Below are positions 54,968 through 64,000 of a stretch of DNA of 64,000 bases, one piece after another. The notes beneath the pieces are model-generated. The model was not told the DNA's origin and ran no database searches. It was given only the letters and a program-made list of their open reading frames with translations. Each line of letters starts with the position of its first letter. Position 1 is the stretch's first letter. The position numbers and the translations under genes were made by a program. The DNA is from Macrostomum lignano (Eukaryota): contig NIVC01003895.1 of NCBI GenBank assembly GCA_002269645.1, forward strand, positions 1 through 64,000, given 5' to 3'.

Positions 54968-56263
54968 TCAAACTTTACTAGACAAGTTATTGATCATATT
55001 GACCTTGATCTTCCTCTCAAATGCATAGATAATAAACAGATCAACAGCCGTTGCGGCACCAAATTCTTTCCGCTCGATATTAGTCACAATGTTAACAGGG
55101 CTATTGTCTGTAGGCATTTGTCTAGCAGTCACATCAACACCAAATATTGGATATAGTTTTTTATACTGCAAGGTTGTCAAAACAATACCGTTATTCTCTT
55201 TGACAGCCAGGTCCGACAGTTCATTGTAAAACTTACTAATCTTGTTCTCCGAGAAATTCCCATTTTGTGGCAATGCAGGGTATAAATTGTCACTGATCTC
55301 ATGTTGAATCGATCGAACGTTTCCATGTAGATATCTACCTACATTAGTCGTACTCCTCATAGTGACGATAATGTACCTTGGATTGCTATAGGAGCCTTCT
55401 TTAATGCAAATATTGTGTCTTGCGTCATTGCGCTCATCTCTGCACATATAAGCTGTATAAGCAACATCAATGTCTTTCTCAATCGCCTTCAAGTATTCAG
55501 CTTTGAGTGCAGTCTTGGGCTCAATAATTTCTAAGTACAGCTCCACGCTAGTTAGCTTAATCTCCATCGATGTATGATTGGCCCCCGACCAAATTCCTCT
55601 GTTCCGATCATCTCTAGTCAGTCTAAATGTGTAGCTAAAGTTGCTTGTCAACCGATTGAAACTATTACAGAAACCACTCATAAACCTCAAAGGTACAAAA
55701 ATATCTACAGACCTAAACAACGGATTCTTAGCAGCATCGTTCTCACCAGCAAGAGCATAGTTGTATCTCTCCTTTCTCTTTTTGTAACCAGGGTCATTCT
55801 CATCTCCTGTCTGTTCATTGGGGATGAATCCAGCACCGCTCCCCATCTGAATAAAATCCGGGTTCTCAATCAAGCATTGGGTATCATAGACCACACCAAA
55901 GTTTGCTATTCTTTCCAATTCTGTACTTCCATTGGACACAATAAACTCTTTGAGCATATAAGCCCAGAAATTACTGGTTAGTGCGACATCCGCATTGTGT
56001 AGATCATCATTAGCATGAGCGGCGTCTGCGCCTCCTTTAGTTTTGAATTGATACGTCATATAGAAGCCGCTCCTTAGACTGTGGACACTGACCAAAGACG
56101 AACATCCGTTGTATGTGAATGTCAGCGTTTGACCTGGACCCAAATTAGTTTCATTCTGATTTTCCTGACTGGGAACTCTTACCTGAGTCGCTTTGATTGT
56201 GCTATCATCACTCAAAATAGGCTTGTTAATTTTGTAGAAAACTAGAGTCAGTGGGTCGTTCAT
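54968..56263 (-). CDS. Major capsid protein (double jelly-roll, Polinton/adintovirus type), 431 aa
   Basis: Size, beta-rich composition, motifs such as 'FVPLRFMSGF' and 'PRYIIV...LYPIFGVDVT', and position next to the penton; the ORF is uninterrupted. Confidence 0.78.
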   Translation of the reverse strand: MNDPLTLVFYKINKPILSDDSTIKATQVRVPSQENQNETNLGPGQTLTFTYNGCSSLVSVHSLRSGFYMTYQFKTKGGADAAHANDDLHNADVALTSNFWAYMLKEFIVSNGSTELERIANFGVVYDTQCLIENPDFIQMGSGAGFIPNEQTGDENDPGYKKRKERYNYALAGENDAAKNPLFRSVDIFVPLRFMSGFCNSFNRLTSNFSYTFRLTRDDRNRGIWSGANHTSMEIKLTSVELYLEIIEPKTALKAEYLKAIEKDIDVAYTAYMCRDERNDARHNICIKEGSYSNPRYIIVTMRSTTNVGRYLHGNVRSIQHEISDNLYPALPQNGNFSENKISKFYNELSDLAVKENNGIVLTTLQYKKLYPIFGVDVTARQMPTDNSPVNIVTNIERKEFGAATAVDLFIIYAFERKIKVNMINNLSSKV

Positions 56264-56295
56264 TTTTTTTAACTAAAAATAAAATAAAATAAGAA

Positions 56296-57039
56296 ATGAA
56301 GCGAAAAAGTACACAGCAGATATCTGAATTGGAGAAGCTAGCACAAGCAGAGAAACGAGTTACCGGACTAATAAATAAGGAGCAACAATCCTACAATGAG
56401 TTTGTCCAAGCAGCCACAGAGTTTCATAAGCCTGGGTATGGAGAAGCTAAGAAAAATATTGATCAAGTCAAAGAAACTATCGACGACATACAGGAAACCC
56501 AAGTGCAAAAGGTTTTGGGCAAAATTCCAGAAGCACCACAGATACAACCGCAGCGACAGATACAGCCACAACCACAACAATCACAACAACAACAATCACA
56601 ACCACAACAACAGCAACTAAAAGTGACAGATAACATTTTTGGACCAGTAGAGCGTGTAGAACATGATGGGAAATATGTATTTGGAATAAGTATGTGGAGA
56701 AAAAATATTTATAATGAACCAGTGAATAATATATCAACATTAAGGAAAATATTTCTGTTGTCAAAGGCTCAGAAACTAAGAGCATTCCTTTCACAGAAAC
56801 CTTACTGAATTTTATGACTAAGAACCAAGAGAGAATCTCGGACAAGCTGCTAAAGAACTACAAAGATCTAGTGACTTTTTCTCTTGCTAGAGATATAGAA
56901 ATACTAAAGGTCCCAGAAGTTCTGAAACACATGTACGATAGCGGTGTCAACCTGACTAGATTCAAAAAGTACAAGCACATCAAAGTATGGTTCGGTTTGC
57001 CAGATCAGGAAGAAGTCATTGATCAGATGAAATATCTAG

Positions 57040-57074
<35 letters not shown>

Positions 57075-57535
57075 CCACAACCACAGCAACAACATTTTAC
57101 AGAAGTACTCAGGCAACTGGAAAATGCAGATCCGACTCAAGTAGCTAAATATAAAAATGATCACCCAGATGCCTGGCAACGCTTAGAACAACACTCTCCA
57201 GATCGAATGAATAGAATCAATCAAAGAGTTTTCACACCTCAACAAAGACAGGCACCACATGACAGTTCCATCTCTGAAAGCGAGCAGTCTTTTGCGTCAC
57301 CTCCCCAGCAGCTACAAGCCCAACCGACTCCACAACCCCAAGACCAACCGCCCTCAACTGGAAAAGGAATTTCTGAAATCTACAAACGAGTAGCGGTTCT
57401 TCTAGGAGCGGCAAAGACCGGAATGAAAGATGAAAATAGAAAAGAATTTGTCAACATCCTGGACAAAATGCTTGAGAGAAAATACATCGATAAGAGGGCG
57501 AGAGAGCTTCTGCTTTCGCGTTCAACAAAAAATAA
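56296..57535 (+). CDS. Q-rich viral hypothetical protein, reconstructed from ORFs 56296-56808 and 56814 onward across a -1 shift at ~56731
   Basis: The frame of ORF 56814 is open back to 56730 ('NIKENISVVKGSETKSIPFTETLLNFMTKN'). The C-terminal 'RVAVLLGAAKTG......EFVNILDKML...I' resembles a recurring Polinton motif. One extra A in the A6 run at 57527-57532 would give a TAA stop. Confidence 0.55.
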
Positions 57536-57550
57536 TTTATTTCAAGTAAA

Positions 57551-57941
57551 AATGCCGATTATTTTTGAGAAAGACGTGGACAAATACTATGACAAAGAGG
57601 AACTTAATCTTATTAAACGCGGATCTGGACTTTTCCCTGCAGGCCACTATCCAAGAAAAGAACGCTCTGGGAATGGCCTTGCCGATTTGATCGCTCAGGG
57701 GGCCAAGATTTTTAAGGTCATTGGAGAGAACAAAGAGAACATCAAGAATGTTGCCGAAGCGGCTGGCAGTGTAGCCACAGCAGCCAAAAAGATAAAGGAT
57801 ACTGTAACACCTAAACAAGAGATTCAGCCTCCACTAGCCCCGCTGGCTCCACTGACCCCAAATCCAGACAGTGTGGACCCTGCAGTCTATTAGAAGATGA
57901 GAGCTAGCATTAAAAAAGGAAGTGGTTTCAAATTTGACTAA
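57551..57941 (+). CDS. Small basic virion-core/amphipathic-helix protein with GSG motifs (in-frame TAG at 57891)
   Basis: Starts at AAAAATG (MPIIFEKD...IKRGSGLF...SGNGLADLIAQGAKIFKVI...); after the TAG the frame continues KMRASIKKGSGFKFD*. Confidence 0.5.
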
Positions 57942-57984
57942 AGGGTACTTTCCGAGGGTACAAGAAATGTAAAGGTACAAGACT

Positions 57985-58088
57985 AGTCCCAAAATGACAT
58001 ACCTAAGTCCCGAAATGACACATCTAAGTCCCAAAATGACACATCTAAGTCCCGAAATGACACATCTAAGTCCCAAAATGACACATCT
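57985..58088. repeat. 21-bp intergenic repeat (CATCTAAGTCCCAAAATGACA), ~5 copies
   Basis: CATCT at 58021, 58042, 58063. Confidence 0.9.
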
Positions 58089-58131
58089 TCTAAATTATTT
58101 ATTATTAAAAAAATTTTCATCATAGAAAAAA

Positions 58132-58932
58132 ATGGACTTTTCAAACGACTTCAATCCTCACTGGACACGTAATCAGATTAAGTTTTCTCATCACGAGTCG
58201 ATCCCAAGTCACTTCAGATGCATTGTTGTTGGTTCATCAGGTTCAGGTAAAACATTCAGAGTCTTTAACATGCTTCTTAGACCTGGCTTTATCGACTATG
58301 ACACTCTGCACATCTACTCTCCCACACTGTATCAAGATGAGTATAAAATGCTGATTTCTGGATTGCAAAACAAACTGAACAAAGAGGACATTATTCAATG
58401 TTTTAATAACCAACAAAACCTTCCCAGCAACCCAGAAATTGTAGCTGCTGAATATGCAAAGCACCTCAAAGACAATGAAAAATGGCAGAACATTAAAGTG
58501 TTCACCTATGGAGATCCACAGGCTGATCCAAAGACCAAACTTCTACCCCAACCAGATGAGCTAGAAAAAGGGAGAAAGCATTTGATCGTCTTTGATGATT
58601 GTATGACAGGCCCACAGAAGCAGATAGAAAACTATTTTACAAGAGGACGACATAACAATTGTAATGTAATTTAGATTGCACAGAACTGGTTCGAGCTCCC
58701 GAACAAAACAATTCGTGGGAACTGTAATCTGATTCTCCTGTTTCCAACCATTCCACAGGATAGGCTAAAAAGATTTTACAATGAGGTCATTGCGCCAGCC
58801 TATTTTATAAATCCAACAAAAAACTCAAACAGAAAGATTTCACAGGAGGAATTCGTTAACCTCTGCTTCGAAAAGTGGAACCAACCCTATCAGTTTGTCG
58901 TGATCAACAAGGAAAAAAGAACTGTAATCTAA
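58132..58932 (+). pseudogene. A32/FtsK-like genome-packaging ATPase with an in-frame TAG at 58672-58674
   Basis: Walker A VVGSSGSGKT, Walker B LIVFDDCM, 'FTRGRHNNCNVI*IAQNWFELP.KTIRGNCN'; the frame stays open for 85 further codons to TAA at 58930-58932. Confidence 0.92.
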
Positions 58933-58947
58933 AATTTGCTATTAAAA

Positions 58948-59202
58948 GATGTCTATTAATTTTGCAGGTGAATCCATTTCTGGCAACAGCGCTCTTACAT
59001 CAGCTCAGATATCCATCCTTGAAGGCGATATATCAACAGCGACGAAAAGATCCCAGAGATCAAACTGAATAAAAACAGACTGAAAGCCCTAGAGCGCTCC
59101 ATGCACCAGTTGCAAATAAACATGGAAGATCTCAGGCTTAAAGTAGCTAGGCAGAAGTTTGAAAGTGATAAGCTTTTTGTTGCTCATATTGAGGTGCACT
59201 AG
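58948..59202 (+). CDS. Small viral coiled-coil hypothetical (MSINFAGESIS...), frameshifted at the A4 run ~59045
   Basis: Adding one A links 'STATK' to 'KIPEIKLNKNRLKALERSMHQLQ...'; stop at 59200, or at ~59263 if that TAG is a mutation. Confidence 0.4.
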
Positions 59203-59361
59203 GTGCTGTGGGAGCATTTGGATCATAAAGAGAATTTTGAGCATCCATTTTTAGAGAATTTTTAAAAAAAATTGACAACTAGTTGGTGGTGGTTAGATTT
59301 GTTTTACGTTTGATTGTTTCGTCTGCAGTTGGCGCCAGCAGGTCTCTTCGAATCTACCTTT

Positions 59362-59934
59362 TTATTTGTCTATGCGCTCCATTCTACACTTGATCTCAAA
59401 CAAACCGGTTAGCTCACGAAATTTTGGGTTAGTGGTCAAATTGGTTGGCTCACGAAATTTGTGGTCAGTGGTCAAGTCGGTTGGATCACTTATTTCCCTT
59501 GTGGTCTGTGGTGCCTCTTCAACAGTATCAATATCAGGAAGATTGTGTACTCCCTCAAGACGACTGATTCTTCTCAACGATTTCTGCCATTCGGTAAAAA
59601 TTAAATCTAAATAGACTTTAATTGCATCAAGTCTTTTTTTAATTCTATCATGCAACGCTGTTGACTGGTTCATGAACTCTTCTAAATTCCTCACTTTACC
59701 TGTGTTGGTTGCGACGTTTTCTTTAATTCTATCATGCAGCGCTGTTGACTGAGTCATGAACTCTTCTAAATTATTTACTTTAGCTTTGTTTGTGAAAGCT
59801 CCTCCTTCAAGAATACGCATCCGTCTATCAGTGGAATTTCCCAGAAGATTAACTGATGATCTCAAGCCGTTGATTAGCGAGACTATCGAAGTTATTTCTG
59901 ACCTCAGTTCATTAGTTGCGTTTAACAACGGCAC
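59362..59934 (-). CDS. Viral coiled-coil protein with an internal 29-aa duplication (TNKAKVNNLEEFMTQSTALHDRIK / TNTGKVRNLEEFMNQSTALHDRIK)
   Basis: 190-aa ORF within the viral gene block; true start uncertain (non-ATG). Confidence 0.6.
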   Translation of the reverse strand: MPLLNATNELRSEITSIVSLINGLRSSVNLLGNSTDRRMRILEGGAFTNKAKVNNLEEFMTQSTALHDRIKENVATNTGKVRNLEEFMNQSTALHDRIKKRLDAIKVYLDLIFTEWQKSLRRISRLEGVHNLPDIDTVEEAPQTTREISDPTDLTTDHKFREPTNLTTNPKFRELTGLFEIKCRMERIDK

Positions 59935-60500
59935 AAAAACTCTACCCCGTCATTACTTGTAACTCTCAGCAGTTTCGAATGGTGGAGATTCAAAAAATGC
60001 GCGATGATCTTGAAAAAAATATTTTCCACAACACAAAGAAAATTAAGCGCTATGACAGCCACTGTAAATTTTTCGACTACAGCAATATGATTCTAGGATC
60101 TGCGTCTGTTCTATCTGGATCTGCTGCAGCTGTCTCAGTGTTGCCAGTCATCACAGCCCCAATCGCAATCCCGCTCGGCTCTGTGGGTGCTGCATGTGGA
60201 CTTATTTCAGCAATTACTGGAGCATTAGCGCGAAACAGGCGAAAAAAACTAAAACAGCTACAGGAGAAGCAAGTAAAAGAGAAAGGGGTGCACACTTCAA
60301 TCACAGGGTACGTTTCAAGGGCAATCGAGGATAAGTTCATTTCAGAGGATGAGTTCAAAACCATTCAGGATCTTTATGAACAATCAATTCGAATGAACTT
60401 GAACATGGTCGGTACTGATGACATGAGTCAGCTGAAAAATGAACTCGAGAAAGTTTTTCAACATTATGCGGCAAGAAGGACAACGAGAAATGCACAATGA
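59916..60500 (+). CDS. Conserved Polinton/adintovirus-type membrane protein (two hydrophobic helices)
   Basis: 'KLYP......FRM.EI....LE', central Gly/Ala-rich hydrophobic hairpin and 'VSRAIEDKFISEDEF..I' motif; start uncertain (TTG). Confidence 0.65.
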   Translation: MRLTTAQKLYPVITCNSQQFRMVEIQKMRDDLEKNIFHNTKKIKRYDSHCKFFDYSNMILGSASVLSGSAAAVSVLPVITAPIAIPLGSVGAACGLISAITGALARNRRKKLKQLQEKQVKEKGVHTSITGYVSRAIEDKFISEDEFKTIQDLYEQSIRMNLNMVGTDDMSQLKNELEKVFQHYAARRTTRNAQ

Positions 60501-60504
60501 ACCC

Positions 60505-60906
60505 CTATGAAACACAGGTACGAATAATTTCCTTGTAGGTCTTTCGTGTTTTGGTCATTGCATACAAAACAGTCATGCACAGCTCACCGCAAATATCACT
60601 GCTAAGACCTTGGAGAATAAAGTCTGAGTGGTAAATTTTTTTATTATTTTTCCCCTTCATATAATTTCTTAGCTCTTCTGGTACTGCCGTCCCATAGCTA
60701 TCAAAGTAATAACACTTGTGCTTGCGATCGGGATCAATCACCCAGCAAACCCAATGAGATCCTGGCTTGTCGGTGGTGTCAAAGTTCATGATGCCGCATT
60801 CTTTTCTTAGAGGAAAATCAGGCAGAGTGTCCCTCATAAATATTCCTCTAAAGTTTGGGATTTCCAGTTCGTTAGCCAAATCTTCAAGAAAGTTATTTGT
60901 CGTCAT
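60505..60906 (-). CDS. Adenain-like cysteine protease (virion maturation), 133 aa
   Basis: FRGIFMRD.LP; GIMNFD...PGSHW (His); YYFDSYG (Asp); ILQ....ICG.LC (oxyanion Gln, catalytic Cys); intact ORF. Confidence 0.9.
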   Translation of the reverse strand: MTTNNFLEDLANELEIPNFRGIFMRDTLPDFPLRKECGIMNFDTTDKPGSHWVCWVIDPDRKHKCYYFDSYGTAVPEELRNYMKGKNNKKIYHSDFILQGLSSDICGELCMTVLYAMTKTRKTYKEIIRTCVS

Positions 60907-60949
60907 TTTTTATGTCATTTTTTATGAGGTTTATTAAACTTTCTCTTAA

Positions 60950-61050
60950 ACCTAAACCCAATCTCCAGTGCCCGAACCCAATCTCCAGTGCCCGAACCTA
61001 ATCTCCACCTCCTAAACCCAATCTCCTAAACCTAATCTCCAGTGCCCGAA
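60950..61050. repeat. Short repeats (AACCCAATCTCCAGTGCCCG-like) copied from the last codons of pPolB
   Basis: AGTGCCCGAAC is the reverse complement of the F-G-H codons at the pPolB C-terminus and is repeated three times. Confidence 0.8.
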
Positions 61051-64000
61051 CGGTAGACTGTTAATATTGTCATCAAAAATGAATCTCTTGTTATCTGCAC
61101 CTGACAGTCCAATCTTCTTTTGCTGAATTGTGTGAATAATATGGTTTTTTGATTGTAGCTTTGAGAACTCATGTGATGTCTTTTTGTTGCAATTCAAGGC
61201 GTCTCTGTATTCAGCTTCATTAATTTCCTTCCTTACGACGCGTTTCGGAATTCCCTTTGATTTTTTATTGGGTCTGACGACTCACATTTTACAAAATAGG
61301 ACTTTGCTCTCAACCCAATGAATTCAGTGATTATGTCACCAGCAATCTCGTCCTTCATTTTCCCAATCACTTTTTTGTTAGTGGCGTCAAACACTTGATC
61401 GCCATTCTGTGTCCTGAAAGATTCATCATACTCAGACAAGTCAAACATATCTTTTTGCTGCAGCATATCCTGATAAATGTCTTCTGTTTGAATGTCCATA
61501 ATAAAACTGTCTGTGTCAGTGTACAAGAGTTTCATTTTATCCTTGTACTGCTGCTTCATGCCATAGAAGAACTGGTACATCAGACGTTTTGATTCGTCGA
61601 GAACAGTGACACCTGTATAGATCGGCTTGCGCAGCGTCACCTTGGTTTTGTAAAATATGATCACACCTAAGTAGCTATTAAAGATATGGAGTTCTTTGAA
61701 CGTTGGCTTTGACATATTTGCCTGAATAACAGCAGGCTCTGATGAGGTAACAAGTTTCAGGTTTGTTCTTTTCCGCTCATTCTCAAGAGTCTTGCCATAG
61801 ACAGAGTTGTTGGCCAACTTAAAGAGGTTCTTGTCAAAGTCGTTGGTTGCTTTGGTCCTAAACTGGGTGTTCTTATCAATGTAGGGTTTCATCCACGCTT
61901 CCTCTGTAAATGTAACAGCCCTGTGAACTTTGGTGACCCTGCAACCAAGTGAGATAAAATACTGAAGCAGTTTGTAATGGATTTTGTAACGTGTCTTGTT
62001 GTTTAGATTCTGTGTTAGTTTTTCTGTATGTTCTTTTTCTGTTCCTGACAGGTGCCAAGTTCCATTGGGAGTTTCGATTATTTTCGGGCACTTGATGTTC
62101 TCTGGGAAGGGTGGAAAGTCAGAGAAATAGTCGTGAAGCTCTGGTGGAATGTAAACATCAACCTGATAAATGGCAGCCAATGAAAAGTCCCATTTGAATT
62201 CTGATGAGGGTAGCCATCGAAAATCTCTAACTGGAAGATCTTGACTCATCGCCCACCCGTAGAGATTATTAGCGTCCAAGTAAGTAATGTAGTTTGAGGG
62301 CTGCTCCTTATTGTAAGATTCAATGTAGGGATTGTTTGCTTTTGCATACCTGTTAACGCAAATTGAGATTCCCCCTCGCTTTGACGATTCGACAAAATTG
62401 TACATGTCAATGTCTGTAAGAAGTTCAATGTACCAATCTGGATCTTGATCCCATTTCATTTTAAGCAAAGATTCCCAGCTAGTGGCAGGCAGAGACACAT
62501 AATGTGCTGGATCTGCTGTGTACCAGGTGTATCTGAAGGTTTCAAACACATCGGCCAGCAGAAACACATCTGTGTAGAGGTAAAGCATGTGATACTGGAA
62601 GAAGTTTTGACAATTAAAGTAATTATAGACATGCTTCGCGTGCTCATAGTCTTTGTCAGAGATTCCAGAGTCTGTTAGCTTTGAAAAGAACTTCTCCTGT
62701 GGTGGTAAACCTTCTTCAAATACGTGATACCCAGTAATATTTTCATAGGGTAGAAGCCTTTGGTTCTCAGGAGTTTAAATGATTCATCACTGTTGTAAAC
62801 TTTACTTGCAAACGTCTTTGTATATGTACATTGTTCATCTTTTAGATTCTTGCTTAGTTCGTCTAGACTGGCAGCTAGAAATTGATATGAATCCTTCAGT
62901 CTTATTTTACCTTTACCCGAATTATCCTGTTTAATATCAACACACTTAAACTTCTCCTTGTTCTCTGCGATGCAATCAAGGTGTATGTCTGGAATCATGC
63001 CGATTTTTTCAACTATTAAATGCATGTCATAGTTCTTTGCGTTGTGGCAAAATATCGTTAGATCATGAATGTTCGATTTTAGCTTTAGATTACAGGTGTT
63101 ATGCGCTGCACCTCTAAATTTCCCAGTATAGTGGTAGTGGTCTCTAACGGTCGGGTTTTTAATATCAGTGCAAGTTAACTGTTTCCTGCAGATGTGAGAA
63201 TGAATTGCTGATAGGAAATTGCTTTCATCCTCCTCAGTCATCATTATTGGAACAGGTTGAAGCTAGGGTGCTAATCAATTTTTGCAACTCTAACATTCTG
63301 GCAATAAACTGCTCCACACACTGCTCTCCAAAGAAATAATTATACTCAACAAGTCCTTTTGTATTAATAAAGGCATATGCTACTGAATTGGGGACATGTT
63401 TTTGAGTTTGAGTTTGTTTTTGAGTTTCTGGCATGATTGAGCATTCGAAATCAGCATATACAACAAATGGGAGCTTCTCCATCTTGTGATAGTTCTTAAA
63501 CCGGAATACTTCTCTTCAGCTGAAGGAAGAGAGCAGTTTGTTGGGTGATCCTCGCATGATAATTCATGCTCTGCTAGTTTTTCAAGCGTTCAGGTCCACT
63601 GTAATGCTTAAGGCACAAGCGGCAGATGGCAACAGCCTCGTGATGATTATTCAACTGCTTGTGAATGAGTCTTGAAAGATCTTTAATCCAAACATAGTGA
63701 GCCTCCTCTAGTAAATTACCAATCACTAGAAGATCCACTTCAGTCCGCCTTTTCCCCTCAGGATCTAAAACGTCTTTGCTACATCTGACCGGTTGAACTT
63801 TCTCAGTTTTTTCACTCCATTCAAAGACTGTGATTCTAATTTTGTTATTAAACACTTCTTCTAGCTTTGGGATCTGAGAGATCGCCAAGCCTCCTTTGTC
63901 AAACCTGATTCCCTTCTTTTCGCATTCGATGAGATAGTAGTTGAAATAATTTTGATAATTTGAGGTTCTTTCGGGGTGGTGAGGTACACTAAAAAGTGCA
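61012..64000 (-). pseudogene. Protein-primed family B DNA polymerase (pPolB) split by four frameshifts; N-terminus beyond the window
   Basis: ExoI 'LPFVVYADFEC', endonuclease-VII-like 'HICRK...VRDHYHYTGKFRGAAHNTCNL', 'HNAKNYDMH', 'YLDANNLYGWAMS', 'KLANNSVYGK', 'YTDTDS', 'KSKGIPK', 'DNKR...SLPFGHW'. Breaks at ~63577, ~63260, ~62749 and ~61263. Confidence 0.95.

Larger units (their letters stand above)
53777..64000. mobile_element. Endogenous Polinton/Maverick- or adintovirus-like dsDNA virus (continues beyond the window; left end probably upstream of 41854)
   Basis: Densely packed intronless ORFs with AT-rich ...AAAAATG starts, including penton-like, major capsid-like, A32 ATPase, adenain-like protease and pPolB genes. 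Confidence 0.93.

Noticed and set aside
57891-59202. TAG reassignment or programmed amber read-through in the virus (TAGs at 57891, 58672, 59200)
   Set aside because: The 79-aa ORF ends in TAG TAG, the implied residues would differ (Tyr vs probably Gln/Lys), and three substitutions are compatible with ordinary decay or error.

Overview
Repeat-rich animal (invertebrate-type) nuclear DNA with GT-AG introns; the species cannot be fixed from sequence alone. Host genes are two fibrinogen-related (FReD) genes (1-632, frameshifted; 11140-12554, intact), a family of secreted PAN/apple + LamG/ConA-like proteins (22513-23702, 38631-39856, fragment at ~31230-31550) and an intronless 512-aa acidic repeat protein of unknown family (36568-38106). 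Mobile DNA includes Gypsy relics, an internally deleted MULE, hAT-type MITEs, tRNA-derived SINEs and four 3.5-4.3 kb non-autonomous Helitrons packed with 23-bp and 18-bp satellites, three of them head-to-tail at 41854-53776. A near-homogeneous 273-bp array (~21.7 units) is embedded in a (TATC)n tract. The last 10 kb is an endogenous Polinton/adintovirus-like dsDNA virus: penton, major capsid, A32 ATPase, adenain-like protease and pPolB, running off the window. The Helitron trimer appears to sit inside the left part of that virus. Most frameshifts in the window are -1 deletions in homopolymers, so the virus and several apparent pseudogenes may be more intact than the ORF track suggests.
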